The notes under the pieces were generated by a model. It did not search any database and had not been told where the DNA came from. It saw only the letters and a program-made list of their open reading frames with translations. DNA of 64,000 nt from an uncultured bacterium (GTDB lineage: Bacteria > Chloroflexota > UBA5177 > JANWHV01), in NCBI GenBank assembly GCA_963827235.1, contig CAWHAE010000012.1, positions 1,569,221 to 1,633,220 of the forward strand, read 5' to 3'. Below, piece by piece: positions 31,251-41,176 of this stretch. The position numbers and the translations under genes were made by a program. Every line of letters starts with the position of its first letter. Within the stretch, counting starts at the first letter, position 1.

Positions 31251-31407
31251 CCAGAGGGACCGATCACGTTTGCAGAGATCGCCTAGCAGCTGGTGAATCA
31301 GACCCTCGTGTGCCACGGTCGGGCGGAGAGGGGAAGCGGCGGGCAAGCGGTATCTCGGTAGTTCGTGGCAATACCCGCGGCACGACCCGGGCCGCGCCGC
31401 TTCCCGC

Positions 31408-31818
31408 CTATCCGGCGCGGCCCGGTCCCGCGACGCCGGCGCACTCAGGGGCAATTGGCGCCGTGCCCAACTTGCAGCGGGCGGCGCGGAGGTTCGCGTC
31501 TATCTCCGCGATCACGTTGATGATCGCGTCGTGCTCGGCCAGGCGAAGGCCGCGCGCCTCCTTGAGCAGGTAGGCCGTGCGGTGAGCGGGCACGGAGCCG
31601 GCGTTGTAGCGATCGACGGCGAGGAAGCAGGCGGCGATCAGGTCGCGCTGGTCACTCAACGCCAGGTCGTCGAACGACGGGTACTTGACCTTGGTGACGA
31701 GGATGGTGGAATAGGGGATGCTGTCCTGATCGTCGAGCGGCGTTGCCGATTGGACGAGCCGGTAGAGGCCGACCAGCGTGTTGAGCCATTCCGTGGCGGC
31801 AGAGGCGAGGGCGATCAC
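31408..31818 (-). CDS. Hypothetical protein
   Basis: 136-aa ORF with GC3-rich, coding-like codon usage; no motif recognised. Confidence 0.5.
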   Translation of the reverse strand: MIALASAATEWLNTLVGLYRLVQSATPLDDQDSIPYSTILVTKVKYPSFDDLALSDQRDLIAACFLAVDRYNAGSVPAHRTAYLLKEARGLRLAEHDAIINVIAEIDANLRAARCKLGTAPIAPECAGVAGPGRAG

Positions 31819-32107
31819 TGAGCTAATCCCGGCTGTCTTTCTGCCGCTGGCGGCTTCCAGGGCGTCACCGCGGCACCCTCATCCCGCATTGTGGCGAAGG
31901 AGATGGATCCACGCTACCACCCGTTCGGCTGGGGCAGACGTGTGCACGTGCCGCCGTTTGATCTACCATGGATCTTCCTGTCCGCGGGGGCTGCCGGCAG
32001 CGATCTCATCGGGCGCACGCACCAACGATCCTGAAGAGCCGCGCGGCACAGTCCGCCCGGATGCAGGGCGGAGCGCAACGTCGATGCTTTGAGGAGAAGC
32101 GCAGATC

Positions 32108-32830
32108 ATGAGCGTGGGAGAAGCGTGGGAGCGGGAAGCCGAGAACTGGGTGCGCTGGACGCGCAGGCCGGGGTTCGATGCCTATTGGTATTACGGGGAG
32201 TCGTTCTTCGCCGACATCATGCCGCCGCCCGGGCGGCAGACCCTGGAGATAGGCTGCGGCGAGGGCCGCGTGACGCGCGACCTGGCCCGTCGCGGCCACG
32301 TGATGACAGCGGTCGACGCCTCGCCCACCCTGCTGCGCTACGCGCGGGAAGCGGATCCTGCCGGCCGGTACGTGCTTGCCGACGCGGCGGCGTTGCCGTT
32401 CGCGGACGGCGAGTTCGAGCTGGTGGTGGCCTATAACTCGCTGATGGACGTCGACGACATGCCCGGCACGGTGCGCGAGGCGGCGCGCGTGATGGCACCC
32501 GGCGGCCGCTTCTGCATCTGCATCACCCATCCGATGAGCGACGCGGGCCGCTTCGACGGCGACCAGCCGGATGCGCCGTTCATCATTCGCGGCTCCTACC
32601 TGGCCAGCCGCCTGTTCGAAGACACATTCGAGCGCGATGGCCTGACCATGACCTTTCACGGCCACTGCTACCCGCTCTGCGAGTACGCGCGGGCCCTCGA
32701 GGAGGCCGGTTTCCTGATCGATCGCATCCGCGAGCCGGCGTCGACGGAGGCCGCGGCTGCCGCCAGGTCCGGATCCCTGAAGTGGCGGCGCCTGCCGATG
32801 TTCCTGCACATCAGGGCGCTCAAGGCCTGA
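32108..32830 (+). CDS. Class I SAM-dependent methyltransferase
   Basis: LEIGCGEGR and ADAAALPFADGEF motifs; RBS GAGGAG. Confidence 0.93.
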   Translation: MSVGEAWEREAENWVRWTRRPGFDAYWYYGESFFADIMPPPGRQTLEIGCGEGRVTRDLARRGHVMTAVDASPTLLRYAREADPAGRYVLADAAALPFADGEFELVVAYNSLMDVDDMPGTVREAARVMAPGGRFCICITHPMSDAGRFDGDQPDAPFIIRGSYLASRLFEDTFERDGLTMTFHGHCYPLCEYARALEEAGFLIDRIREPASTEAAAAARSGSLKWRRLPMFLHIRALKA

Positions 32831-32856
32831 TCCACGGCGCGACGCATGGGTTGAGG

Positions 32857-34821
32857 TCAGCGCATGGGCGGCCGGTGCCGCGAGTCGCGCGGGAGCTCAC
32901 GAGGCATCCGGCGGGCAGGGTATTCGTCGCCCGCGGCGAGATCGTCTCTCTCCAGATCGTCGACCAGGTCGTCGACGATCTGGGCATCGCCGGCCGCTCC
33001 GCCGTCGATCCGCGTGACGCCTTCGCCGAACTGTTCGTGGTACAGGCTGGCATAGACCCCGCCGTGCTCGAGGAGCTCCTTGTGGGTACCGCGCTCCACG
33101 ATGCGGCCGGCGGCCACCACCAGAATCTGGTCGGCGGCCAGGATGGTGGACAGGCGGTGCGCCACGGCGAGCGTGGTCCGTCCGGCCATGAGCGGCTGCA
33201 GGGCACGCTGTATGAAGCGCTCGGAGTGGGTGTCCAGGGAACTGGTCGCCTCGTCCAGAATGAGAATTCTGGGATCTTTCAAGATCACCCTGGCGATGGC
33301 CAGGCGCTGCTTCTCGCCGCCGGACATCCTGTAGCCGCGCTCGCCCACGATCGTGTCGTACCCCTCCGGAAGCTCCATGATGCGATCGTGGATGTAGGCG
33401 GCGCGAGCAGCTGCGACCACCTGCTCGTCCGTCGCCTCGGGAAGGCCGTAGATGAGATTGGCACGCACGCTGGAGTGCAGCAGATAGGTCTCCTGTGTGA
33501 CCATGCCGATGCTGCGCCCGAGGCTTTCCAGCGTGACGTCCCGCACATCGTGCCCGTCGATCTCCACGCTGCCCGAGCCCACGTCGTAGAGGCGCGGCAG
33601 CAGGTAGGTCGTGGTCGTCTTCCCGGCTCCGCTGGGCCCAACCAGGGCTACGAGCTGGCCCGGCAGAGCTTCGAAGTCCATGTCGGCCAGGGCCACCTGG
33701 CCGGCGACGTATTCGAAGCCGACATGCCGGTAGCGGACGTGGCCCCGTACGTTGGTCAGCTCCACGGCGCCGTCCCGATCGGTAATCTCGACCGGCAGGT
33801 CCAGGTACTCGAAGATACGGTCGAAGAGCGCCAGTGCTCCCTGAATGTCGAGGTTCACGTTCAGAAGGGCGCCAAGCGGCACGAAGAGCCGGCCTTGCAG
33901 ATTGGTGAAGGCGATGAGATAGCCCAGGCTGAGCGATCCGCTGATCACCTGGCGCCCGCCGACGTAGTAAATCAGGGCGGGCGCGGCGGCGAAGAAGGTC
34001 TGAATGAGGGCCATGAACCAGCGGCCGATCATGCTCTGCCGCACCTGCAGGGCCATCAGCCGCTCGTTCTCCTCCGCGAACCGCCGCGTCTCGGCCTGCT
34101 GCCGGCCGAAGCTCTTGACGAGCAGCGCCCCGCTCACACTGAGCGTCTCCTCCAGGATGGTGGATATCCTGGCCAGCGAGACCTGCGTCTCCTTGCTCAC
34201 CCCGCGCCTGGTGATTCCCATCTTGTAGGTGGGATAGAGGAAGAGCGGCACCAGGCACAGGGAGACGAGAGTCAGCCTCCAGTTGACGCCCACCATGACG
34301 ACCAGCGTGCTGGTCACCACCACGACGTTGGTGACGATAGAGCTGAACGTGGCGGTGACCACGGCCTGGACGCCGTTCACGTCGTTGTTCAGACGAGAGA
34401 TGATCTCGCCCGTCTTGGTAGAGGTGAAGAAGCGCAGCGACATGGACTGCACATGCCGGTAGAGCCGTACCCGGAAGTCGCGCATCACGCCCTGACCGAT
34501 CGCCGTCGTCAGGTAGGTCTGGCCGACGCCGATCAGGCCGCTGACCACGGGAGTGAAGAACATGATCGCCACCAGCACGGTCAGCTCGTTCAGATTCTTG
34601 TGGCCGAGCGCTTGATCGATGATCATGGCCATCACCACCGGGCTGACCAGGCCGAGGCCGGCAACGACAAGAATGGTCGCCAGAACGAGCAGCGAGCGGC
34701 CTCCATAGGGAACGAAGGCCTGCGCCACGCGCATGAAGGTCCCTCGCCGCGCGCGCTGCTCCGAGCCCTCGCGGACCTGCCGCATGCCCATGCCCATACC
34801 CATGCCGCCGAAGTGCATCAT
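32857..34821 (-). CDS. ABC exporter, fused permease/ATPase
   Basis: GPSGAGKTT, MSGGEKQRLAIAR, LDEATSSLD and AHRLST motifs; N-terminal TM domain. Confidence 0.95.
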   Translation of the reverse strand: MMHFGGMGMGMGMRQVREGSEQRARRGTFMRVAQAFVPYGGRSLLVLATILVVAGLGLVSPVVMAMIIDQALGHKNLNELTVLVAIMFFTPVVSGLIGVGQTYLTTAIGQGVMRDFRVRLYRHVQSMSLRFFTSTKTGEIISRLNNDVNGVQAVVTATFSSIVTNVVVVTSTLVVMVGVNWRLTLVSLCLVPLFLYPTYKMGITRRGVSKETQVSLARISTILEETLSVSGALLVKSFGRQQAETRRFAEENERLMALQVRQSMIGRWFMALIQTFFAAAPALIYYVGGRQVISGSLSLGYLIAFTNLQGRLFVPLGALLNVNLDIQGALALFDRIFEYLDLPVEITDRDGAVELTNVRGHVRYRHVGFEYVAGQVALADMDFEALPGQLVALVGPSGAGKTTTTYLLPRLYDVGSGSVEIDGHDVRDVTLESLGRSIGMVTQETYLLHSSVRANLIYGLPEATDEQVVAAARAAYIHDRIMELPEGYDTIVGERGYRMSGGEKQRLAIARVILKDPRILILDEATSSLDTHSERFIQRALQPLMAGRTTLAVAHRLSTILAADQILVVAAGRIVERGTHKELLEHGGVYASLYHEQFGEGVTRIDGGAAGDAQIVDDLVDDLERDDLAAGDEYPARRMPRELPRDSRHRPPMR

Positions 34822-34957
34822 GATCGCCACCAATCGTCTGTGGAATGCTGTGCCGGTGCCCACGGGGGCGATACGCCGCCGTGACCACGCAGACCGCCCC
34901 TTTGATCATAGGCAGTTCGCCACATGTAGCGGCGCCGGTCCACGATGAGATAAGTTC

Positions 34958-34980
34958 TAGATATGACGCAGATATATCTA
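34958..34980. promoter_or_regulatory. AT-rich palindromic operator between divergent genes
   Basis: TAGATAT-N9-ATATCTA with overlapping AGATATATCT palindrome. Confidence 0.45.
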
Positions 34981-35093
34981 TCGTACGGATCCGGGGCGGG
35001 CGGCGTCAAGGCATTCTCGGCAGCGCCTGCCGCTCTGCTACAATGCCGACAATCGACCGTCTCCATCCTTGTCTTTTCATGTGAGGTGTCATC

Positions 35094-36371
35094 GTGCAGC
35101 TTCACCATGCATCGCCCGAGCAGCTTCGCCAGTGGGAGCAAGACCTTGCCGGCCGCTACACCGCCTTTCAGCAGGCGAAGCTCAACCTGGATCTGACACG
35201 CGGCAAGCCCTCGGCCAGCCAGCTATCGCTCTCCGATGCGCTCGACGGCCTGTTGGCAGGGAAGTACATCACCCCGGACGGTACGGATACGCGCAACTAC
35301 GGCGGGCTCGAAGGTCTGCCCGAGCTGAGGGCGCTCTACGCCCAGGTGCTCGGCGTCAAGGCGGACGAGATCCTGATCGGCGGCAACAGCAGCTTGACCC
35401 TGATGCACCAGGTGCTGAGCTTCTCGCACTTCCTCGGACTGCGCAAACCCGAGGACGCCTGGACGCGTGAAGGCGCGGTCAAGTTCATCGCCCTGGTGCC
35501 GGGCTACGACCGCCACTTCGCCATCTGCGAGCACCTCGGTATCACCATGATCCCGGTTGCGATCACCGGCGATGGGCCGGACATGGATGCCGTGGAGCGG
35601 TTAGTGGCCTCCGACCGGTCGATCAAGGGCATCTGGTGTGTGCCGCGCTTCTCCAACCCCTCGGGGCATGTCTACTCCGGCGCGGTGGTGGAGCGCATGG
35701 CCGGGCTGGGCAAGATCGCCGGACCCAACTTCCTGATCATGTGGGACAACGCCTACGCGCTCCACGTCCTGGATGACGACGCGCCGGCGCTGCCCAGCTT
35801 GATGGACGCCTGCCGTCGCCAGGGTACCGAAGACAGCGTGATCATGTTCGGCTCTACCTCCAAGGTCACCTTCGCCGGGGCCGGCGTTGCCTTCATCGGC
35901 GCCTCGAAGAACAACCTGGCTGCGCTGCGCAAGCACTGGAGCTTCGTGACCATCGGATCGGACAAGGTGAACCAGCTGCGGCATCTGCGGCTCACGCCCG
36001 ACTTCGAGGCGCTCCTGGCCCAGATGCGCAGGCATGCCGCGCTGCTCAAGCCGCGCTTCGACACCGTGCTCAGGCATCTGCGCGAGGGTCTGGCCGGCTC
36101 GGGCATGGGCGACTGGACGGAGCCCAAGGGCGGCTACTTCATCTCCTTCAATACGCTGCCCGGTCTTGCCAGGGAGGTCGTGAGCCTGGCCGCGGGTGCG
36201 GGAGTCAAGCTGACGCCGGCCGGCGCCACCTGGCCGTATGGCAAGGACCCCGAGGATCGGAACATACGCATCGCGCCCAGCTTCCCCACGCTGGAGGAGA
36301 TCGACCGCGCCATGCAGGTCTTCGTGGTCTGCGTGCAGCTGGCCAGCGTGCGGAGAAAGCTGGCCCAGTAG
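35094..36371 (+). CDS. PLP-dependent aminotransferase class I/II (actinobacterial aspartate aminotransferase-like)
   Basis: LDLTRGKP, VPGYDRHF, WDNAY, STSKVTF and IRIAPSF motifs. Confidence 0.92.
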   Translation: MQLHHASPEQLRQWEQDLAGRYTAFQQAKLNLDLTRGKPSASQLSLSDALDGLLAGKYITPDGTDTRNYGGLEGLPELRALYAQVLGVKADEILIGGNSSLTLMHQVLSFSHFLGLRKPEDAWTREGAVKFIALVPGYDRHFAICEHLGITMIPVAITGDGPDMDAVERLVASDRSIKGIWCVPRFSNPSGHVYSGAVVERMAGLGKIAGPNFLIMWDNAYALHVLDDDAPALPSLMDACRRQGTEDSVIMFGSTSKVTFAGAGVAFIGASKNNLAALRKHWSFVTIGSDKVNQLRHLRLTPDFEALLAQMRRHAALLKPRFDTVLRHLREGLAGSGMGDWTEPKGGYFISFNTLPGLAREVVSLAAGAGVKLTPAGATWPYGKDPEDRNIRIAPSFPTLEEIDRAMQVFVVCVQLASVRRKLAQ

Positions 36372-36418
36372 CGGAGCACGCCGGCACCAGGCTCCCGCGC
36401 CTCCCGGAGCCGGGTGCC

Positions 36419-37096
36419 CTACTGCTCGGCCGCCTCTTCCGCCGGCGGCACCTCGCCGGCGGCGGCGTGCTCGTCGGCAGCGTGTTCGGGCTGCCCCGCG
36501 CCTGCTCCTTCCGGCTGGTGCTGCTGTTGCGCCGGGGCGCCCGGCACCGGCGCAGGAACACCGGCCTTCGCGCGTGCTTTGCCGGACGAGGCGCCGGGAT
36601 TCGGGTCCGTCGCCACGGGCACCAGGGCCATCTGCAGCTTGAGGGTAGTCCACAGGTATCCTACGAAGAAGCCGCAGATGTAGAGCAGCAGGATCACAGC
36701 CAGGATGAACACGCTGGCGTCGTTGGTACCGCCGAGTCCGCGAGCCACGTAGTCACCCAGCAGCCCGAGCTGCTTGGGGATATTGGTGACCTGCGTGAGC
36801 CCCAGGCCCACGAGTATCTTGGTCAGCCAGTCGGCGATCTGGCCGAGGTTGGTGACCTTCTGCTGGTCCGTGGTAGTGCTGCCCGCGTGCGGCACCTGGA
36901 AGAGAAATCCCGTGGTGACTCCGACGGCGAAGGAAGCCGCGGCAACCATGATGCCCACCGCGAACCGGCCCATAGCCGTAGCATTCACGCCGTGCTGCAG
37001 GGAGAAGAGGAGGATCAGCACCGCCGCGGCGGCGCAGATGCCGGCCACGAGCCGCTGCACCGGCTTGAGCGAGACATCCCTCAGTACTGCTGGCAT
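36419..37096 (-). CDS. Hypothetical 4-TM membrane protein
   Basis: GFLF.VP, TNLGQIADWLTKILVGLGLTQ and GYLWT segments; low-complexity tail. Confidence 0.75.
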   Translation of the reverse strand: MPAVLRDVSLKPVQRLVAGICAAAAVLILLFSLQHGVNATAMGRFAVGIMVAAASFAVGVTTGFLFQVPHAGSTTTDQQKVTNLGQIADWLTKILVGLGLTQVTNIPKQLGLLGDYVARGLGGTNDASVFILAVILLLYICGFFVGYLWTTLKLQMALVPVATDPNPGASSGKARAKAGVPAPVPGAPAQQQHQPEGAGAGQPEHAADEHAAAGEVPPAEEAAEQ

Positions 37097-37319
37097 CGGC
37101 GGCTACCTTCTCTGCGCCCGGCCGTGTACCCGACGTCGCGGCCGGCTGGGCGATGCTCGCCGTGCAGCCGGAATAGTGACTATCATACTCCCGCCTGCTT
37201 AAGAGGCAAGACCTCCGCGCGGGCGTCCATGGCCACTGGAGCGTTCCGCTCTTGTATCATGACGGCGACGCACGGCACCATCGGCGCCGGCGCGCACGTG
37301 GCGAAAGGACCGGGTAGAG

Positions 37320-38390
37320 GTGAGCCAGCCTGCTCGCTATGCCAGGACCGCGGGAGGCGTCAGTATTGCCTTCGCCGCCCAGGGCGAGGGGCCGGCATTG
37401 CTGCTCGTCCCGTGCGGCCCCTGGGAGACCCTGCAGATCGCCGAAGGCGTCTCGGCCTGGCGGGCCTGGCACGAGCGGCTGGCGCAGAAACATCTGCTGG
37501 TGCGCTACGATGCGCGCGGCACGGGCCTCTCCGACGTGGCCGGATCGTGTCCCGACCTCGAGCAGCGCGTGGAGGATCTCACCTGCGTGATCGAGAGTCT
37601 CGGCCTGCGGCAGGTTGCCCTGCTCGCGGCCCAGACCGCCGGTCCCGTGGCGATCAGCTTCGCGGCGCGGCAGCCGCGGCGCGTGTCCCACCTGGTGCTC
37701 TGGTGCACCTACGCCCGCGGCAGCGACTACTTCCGCTCGACGCACTCAGTAGCTTTGCACGCCATGGCGGAGAAAGACTGGCCCCTGTTCGTGGACTCCA
37801 TGTGCCGAGCGGAGCTGGGCTGGTCGGCCGGCGAGGCGGCGGAGCAGCTGGCGGCCATGTTCCGGGCACACGTCGCGCCCTCCATGCTCGCCGCTCATGA
37901 CGAGATGGCTCGCCGTATCGACGCGAGCGCGCTCCTGCCGCGTCTGCAGACCCCGACGCTCGTCGTGCATAAGCGCCTGGTGTCGCATCCGCTGGAGCAG
38001 GTGGCACGTGGCCTGGCCAGCAGTATCCGCGACGCCCGCCTGGTCGTGCTCGACGGCGATTCCGTGGCGCCGTTTGTCGGCGACGTGGACGCGGATCTCT
38101 CCCTCCTGGAGTCATTTCTGGCCGAGCCGGCGTGGCCTGCCCCGGCAAGCCGGGCCCTCACGCCGGCCGAGGAGCCGCCCGAGGAACCGGTCGAAGTGCC
38201 GAGCAGTCGCGAGCTCGAGGTACTCGCTCTCCTCGCCGCCGGACAGTCGAACGAGGAGATTGCGCAGGCGCTCTTCCTCACCGTGGGCACCGTGAAGACG
38301 CATCTCAACGCCATCTACCGCAAGCTCGACGTGCACAGCCGCACGCAGGCCGTGGCCCGGGCCCGTGCGCTCAACCTGATTCCGCGCTAG
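37320..38390 (+). CDS. Alpha/beta-hydrolase-fold sensor fused to LuxR HTH
   Basis: RYDARGTGLSD and PTLVVH motifs; SRELEVLALLAAGQSNEEIA..TVKTHL..IYRKLDV.SRTQAV. Confidence 0.92.
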   Translation: MSQPARYARTAGGVSIAFAAQGEGPALLLVPCGPWETLQIAEGVSAWRAWHERLAQKHLLVRYDARGTGLSDVAGSCPDLEQRVEDLTCVIESLGLRQVALLAAQTAGPVAISFAARQPRRVSHLVLWCTYARGSDYFRSTHSVALHAMAEKDWPLFVDSMCRAELGWSAGEAAEQLAAMFRAHVAPSMLAAHDEMARRIDASALLPRLQTPTLVVHKRLVSHPLEQVARGLASSIRDARLVVLDGDSVAPFVGDVDADLSLLESFLAEPAWPAPASRALTPAEEPPEEPVEVPSSRELEVLALLAAGQSNEEIAQALFLTVGTVKTHLNAIYRKLDVHSRTQAVARARALNLIPR

Positions 38391-38546
38391 CGCCGTATTC
38401 GTCCGGGCACGACAGAGAAGCTCGGGTATGGCGCGCCGGGATCCGGTACCTCCGGCGCGCCGGCTGCCCGTGGGAGGCCGGTACACCATTTGGTAGAGGA
38501 AAACCGGCACCGATCGACCGGCACGCGCTCACGGTCTACCGCCAAA

Positions 38547-38562
38547 TCTATCTTGCGATAGA
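38547..38562. promoter_or_regulatory. Palindromic operator upstream of MFS pump
   Basis: TCTATC-TTGC-GATAGA in an AT-richer intergenic region. Confidence 0.4.
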
Positions 38563-38646
38563 CGACACGCCATGCCGTGGCTCTTATGCTGATGCTGCCA
38601 ACAAGCAACGCATCGTTAGGCATGAAGAGTCAAGGGATGGAAAACT

Positions 38647-40254
38647 GTGGAGCACGCTGTCGCAACTGCTGAAGGGCAGGACAAAGCCTACGCCCGGCGT
38701 TGGTGGATTCTGCTCATGCTCTCGCTCAGCCTGGTAATCATCATCGTCGACAACACGATCGTCAACGTGGCGCTCCCGGTGCTGCAGCGCAAGCTGAGCG
38801 CCTCGGCCTCGGACCTGCAGTGGATTGTCGACTCCTATCTGGTGGTGTTCGCGGGCCTGCTTCTGGTCATGGGAACCGTCGGCGACCGTGTTGGCCGCAA
38901 GACGGCCTTGCAGATCGGGCTGCTGCTCTTCGGCCTGTCGAGTCTCGTCGCCGCCGCGGCGCAGACGAGTAGCCAGCTGATCAGCGCACGGGTGGCGATG
39001 GGCGTAGGCGGCGCCCTGATCATGCCGGCGACGCTGGCCATCCTGGTGCATGTCTTCCCGGCCACGGAACGCACGAAGGCACTCGGCGTGTGGACCGGCG
39101 TGGCGGCGCTCGGCATTCCCCTGGGCCCGATCCTCGGCGGTTGGCTGATCGAGCGCTACTGGTGGGGCGCTATCTTCCTGCTCAACGTGCCTGTCGTGGT
39201 AGTGGTGCTGGCCGGCAGCCTGTTCCTCATTCCCGAAAGCCGGCACCCGCACGCGCCGGCAGTGGACATACTTGGCGCCGTGCTTTCCGCCGGTACCCTC
39301 GGCTCGCTGGTCTACGGGCTCGTCGAAGCGCCGATTCGTGGCTGGCTGGATCCCGCCGTGCTAGGCAGCTTCGGCGCTGCACTCGCGCTGTGCGCCCTCT
39401 TTGTGCGCTGGGAGCTGCGTATTGGCCAGCCGCTGCTGGACGTGCGGCTGTTTCTCTCCCGCCGGTTTGCCGCGGGCACCGTGGCCATTGCCGTTGCCAC
39501 GCTGGCGCTCACCGGCCTGACGTTCCTCCTCACCCAGTACCTGCAGGTGGTGCGCGGTTACTCGCCGATGGCGGCAGGCGTGCGCATGCTGCCGCTCTCG
39601 CTCGGCTTCATGGCCGGCGCCGGGATGAGCCGCGGTCTGCTGCTCAAGCTGGGGACCCGAAGCGTCGTGACCGCGGCCCTCGTCCTGATCGGCGGCACGC
39701 TCATGGCGCTGTCCTTCCTGTCGGCCGGCTCCGCGTACGTGCTGCTCGGCGTCGCCCTCGGCTTCTTCGGTATCGGCCTGGGCGGCGCCACCGTCCCAAG
39801 CACCGACGCCGTGATGAGCGCCGTGCCTGCCGCCAATGCCGGCGTGGGTTCCGCGGTGAATGATGCGGCCCGCCAGGTCGGCGCTGCCCTCGGCGTAGCG
39901 GTGCTCGGCTCGGCACTGAACTCGGTGTATGGCTCGCATATGGCCGCCGCCACTGCCCACGTACCGGCCGCGGCGGCCGGCCTGGCAAAGAACTCGGTCG
40001 GCGGGGCGGCCGAGGTGGCCGCGCAGCTTGGCGGCTCAGCTGCCGCGGCGCTCTCGAGCGCGGCCAACGCGGCATACATGGCCGGCTTCGCCTCTGCGAC
40101 GCGCGTCGGCGTGGCACTGGTCCTGGCAGGAACGCTGCTCGTGCTCGCACGTATGCCCGGCCTCAGCCGTCAGCAGCGAGCCGAGACCGAGGCGGAGCCG
40201 ACGCTCGAGGAGCGGCATGCACCGCTGCGCCCACAGTCGATAGGCCACAGCTGA
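38647..40254 (+). CDS. DHA2 MFS efflux pump (14 TM)
   Basis: DNTIVNVALP, LQWIVDSY, GDRVGRK and WGAIFLLNVP motifs. Confidence 0.95.
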   Translation: MEHAVATAEGQDKAYARRWWILLMLSLSLVIIIVDNTIVNVALPVLQRKLSASASDLQWIVDSYLVVFAGLLLVMGTVGDRVGRKTALQIGLLLFGLSSLVAAAAQTSSQLISARVAMGVGGALIMPATLAILVHVFPATERTKALGVWTGVAALGIPLGPILGGWLIERYWWGAIFLLNVPVVVVVLAGSLFLIPESRHPHAPAVDILGAVLSAGTLGSLVYGLVEAPIRGWLDPAVLGSFGAALALCALFVRWELRIGQPLLDVRLFLSRRFAAGTVAIAVATLALTGLTFLLTQYLQVVRGYSPMAAGVRMLPLSLGFMAGAGMSRGLLLKLGTRSVVTAALVLIGGTLMALSFLSAGSAYVLLGVALGFFGIGLGGATVPSTDAVMSAVPAANAGVGSAVNDAARQVGAALGVAVLGSALNSVYGSHMAAATAHVPAAAAGLAKNSVGGAAEVAAQLGGSAAAALSSAANAAYMAGFASATRVGVALVLAGTLLVLARMPGLSRQQRAETEAEPTLEERHAPLRPQSIGHS

Positions 40255-40405
40255 GCAAATGAAGTAGCGAAGGCACACACGATGCCACACGATTCATCGT
40301 GGGGAGCCTCAAGGCCCGCCAAGCGCGACGTTCACTCCGCCCTGCGGGTTCCATCTCGGCCTGAGTAGAGATGCGCATGGCAGTGCAAACCAGGAGGAAC
40401 ACTCG

Positions 40406-41176
40406 ATGGTAATGATGCAGGACAGGGCCGCACCGGAGTGGACACGGGCGCGCGACGCGGTCGTGGCACATGACCTGACGCGCCGCTTTGGGGAGGGCGC
40501 CGCGGCCGTCGACGCGCTGCGCGGCGTCTCGCTGGCGGTGTCGAAAGGCGAGCTGCTGGGGATCATGGGATCGTCCGGCTCCGGCAAATCGACCCTGCTC
40601 CATATTCTTGCCGGGCTCGATCGGCCGACCTCGGGGGACGTGGCTATCGATGGCCGGGCCCTTGGTGCGCTGCGCGATCGCGAGCTCACCGAGCTACGGC
40701 GACATGAGGTGGGCTTCGTCTTCCAGTTCTTCAACCTGTTGCCGATGCTGAGCGCAGAAGCCAACATTTTGCTGCCGCTGAAGCTCGCCGGCGCCAGGTA
40801 CGATCGCGCGTGGGTCGACGAGCTCATCGATAGGGTCGGCCTCGGCGGCCGCCGGAACCATCGACCCTCGCAGCTCTCCGGCGGCCAACAGCAGCGCGTG
40901 GCGGTGGCTCGCGCACTGGTGACGCGGCCGGCCGTCGTCTTCGCGGACGAGCCCACCGGCAATCTCGATTCACGTAACAGCGCCGAGATTCTCGAGCTGC
41001 TGCGGGCATCGGTTGACACATACGGGCAGACGATTGTGCTCGTCACGCACGAGCCGCGGGTCACCGCGGTCACCGATCGCATCGTGCTGCTCGCCGACGG
41101 CGCCGTCGTGAAGGAATTGCATCATCCTTCGACCGCGGCCGTGCTGCAGGCGATGGAGGAGGTGGGTGTCCGATGA
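40406..41176 (+). CDS. ABC ATP-binding protein (LolD/MacB type)
   Basis: [35 protein letters not shown] and ADEPTGNLD motifs. Confidence 0.95.
   Translation: MVMMQDRAAPEWTRARDAVVAHDLTRRFGEGAAAVDALRGVSLAVSKGELLGIMGSSGSGKSTLLHILAGLDRPTSGDVAIDGRALGALRDRELTELRRHEVGFVFQFFNLLPMLSAEANILLPLKLAGARYDRAWVDELIDRVGLGGRRNHRPSQLSGGQQQRVAVARALVTRPAVVFADEPTGNLDSRNSAEILELLRASVDTYGQTIVLVTHEPRVTAVTDRIVLLADGAVVKELHHPSTAAVLQAMEEVGVR

Noticed and set aside
32782-34909. Long alternative-frame ORFs (700 aa +, 670 aa -) over the ABC transporter, and similar shadow ORFs elsewhere
   Set aside because: Typical antisense or off-frame ORFs of high-GC DNA; Arg/Pro/Gly-rich, with no motifs
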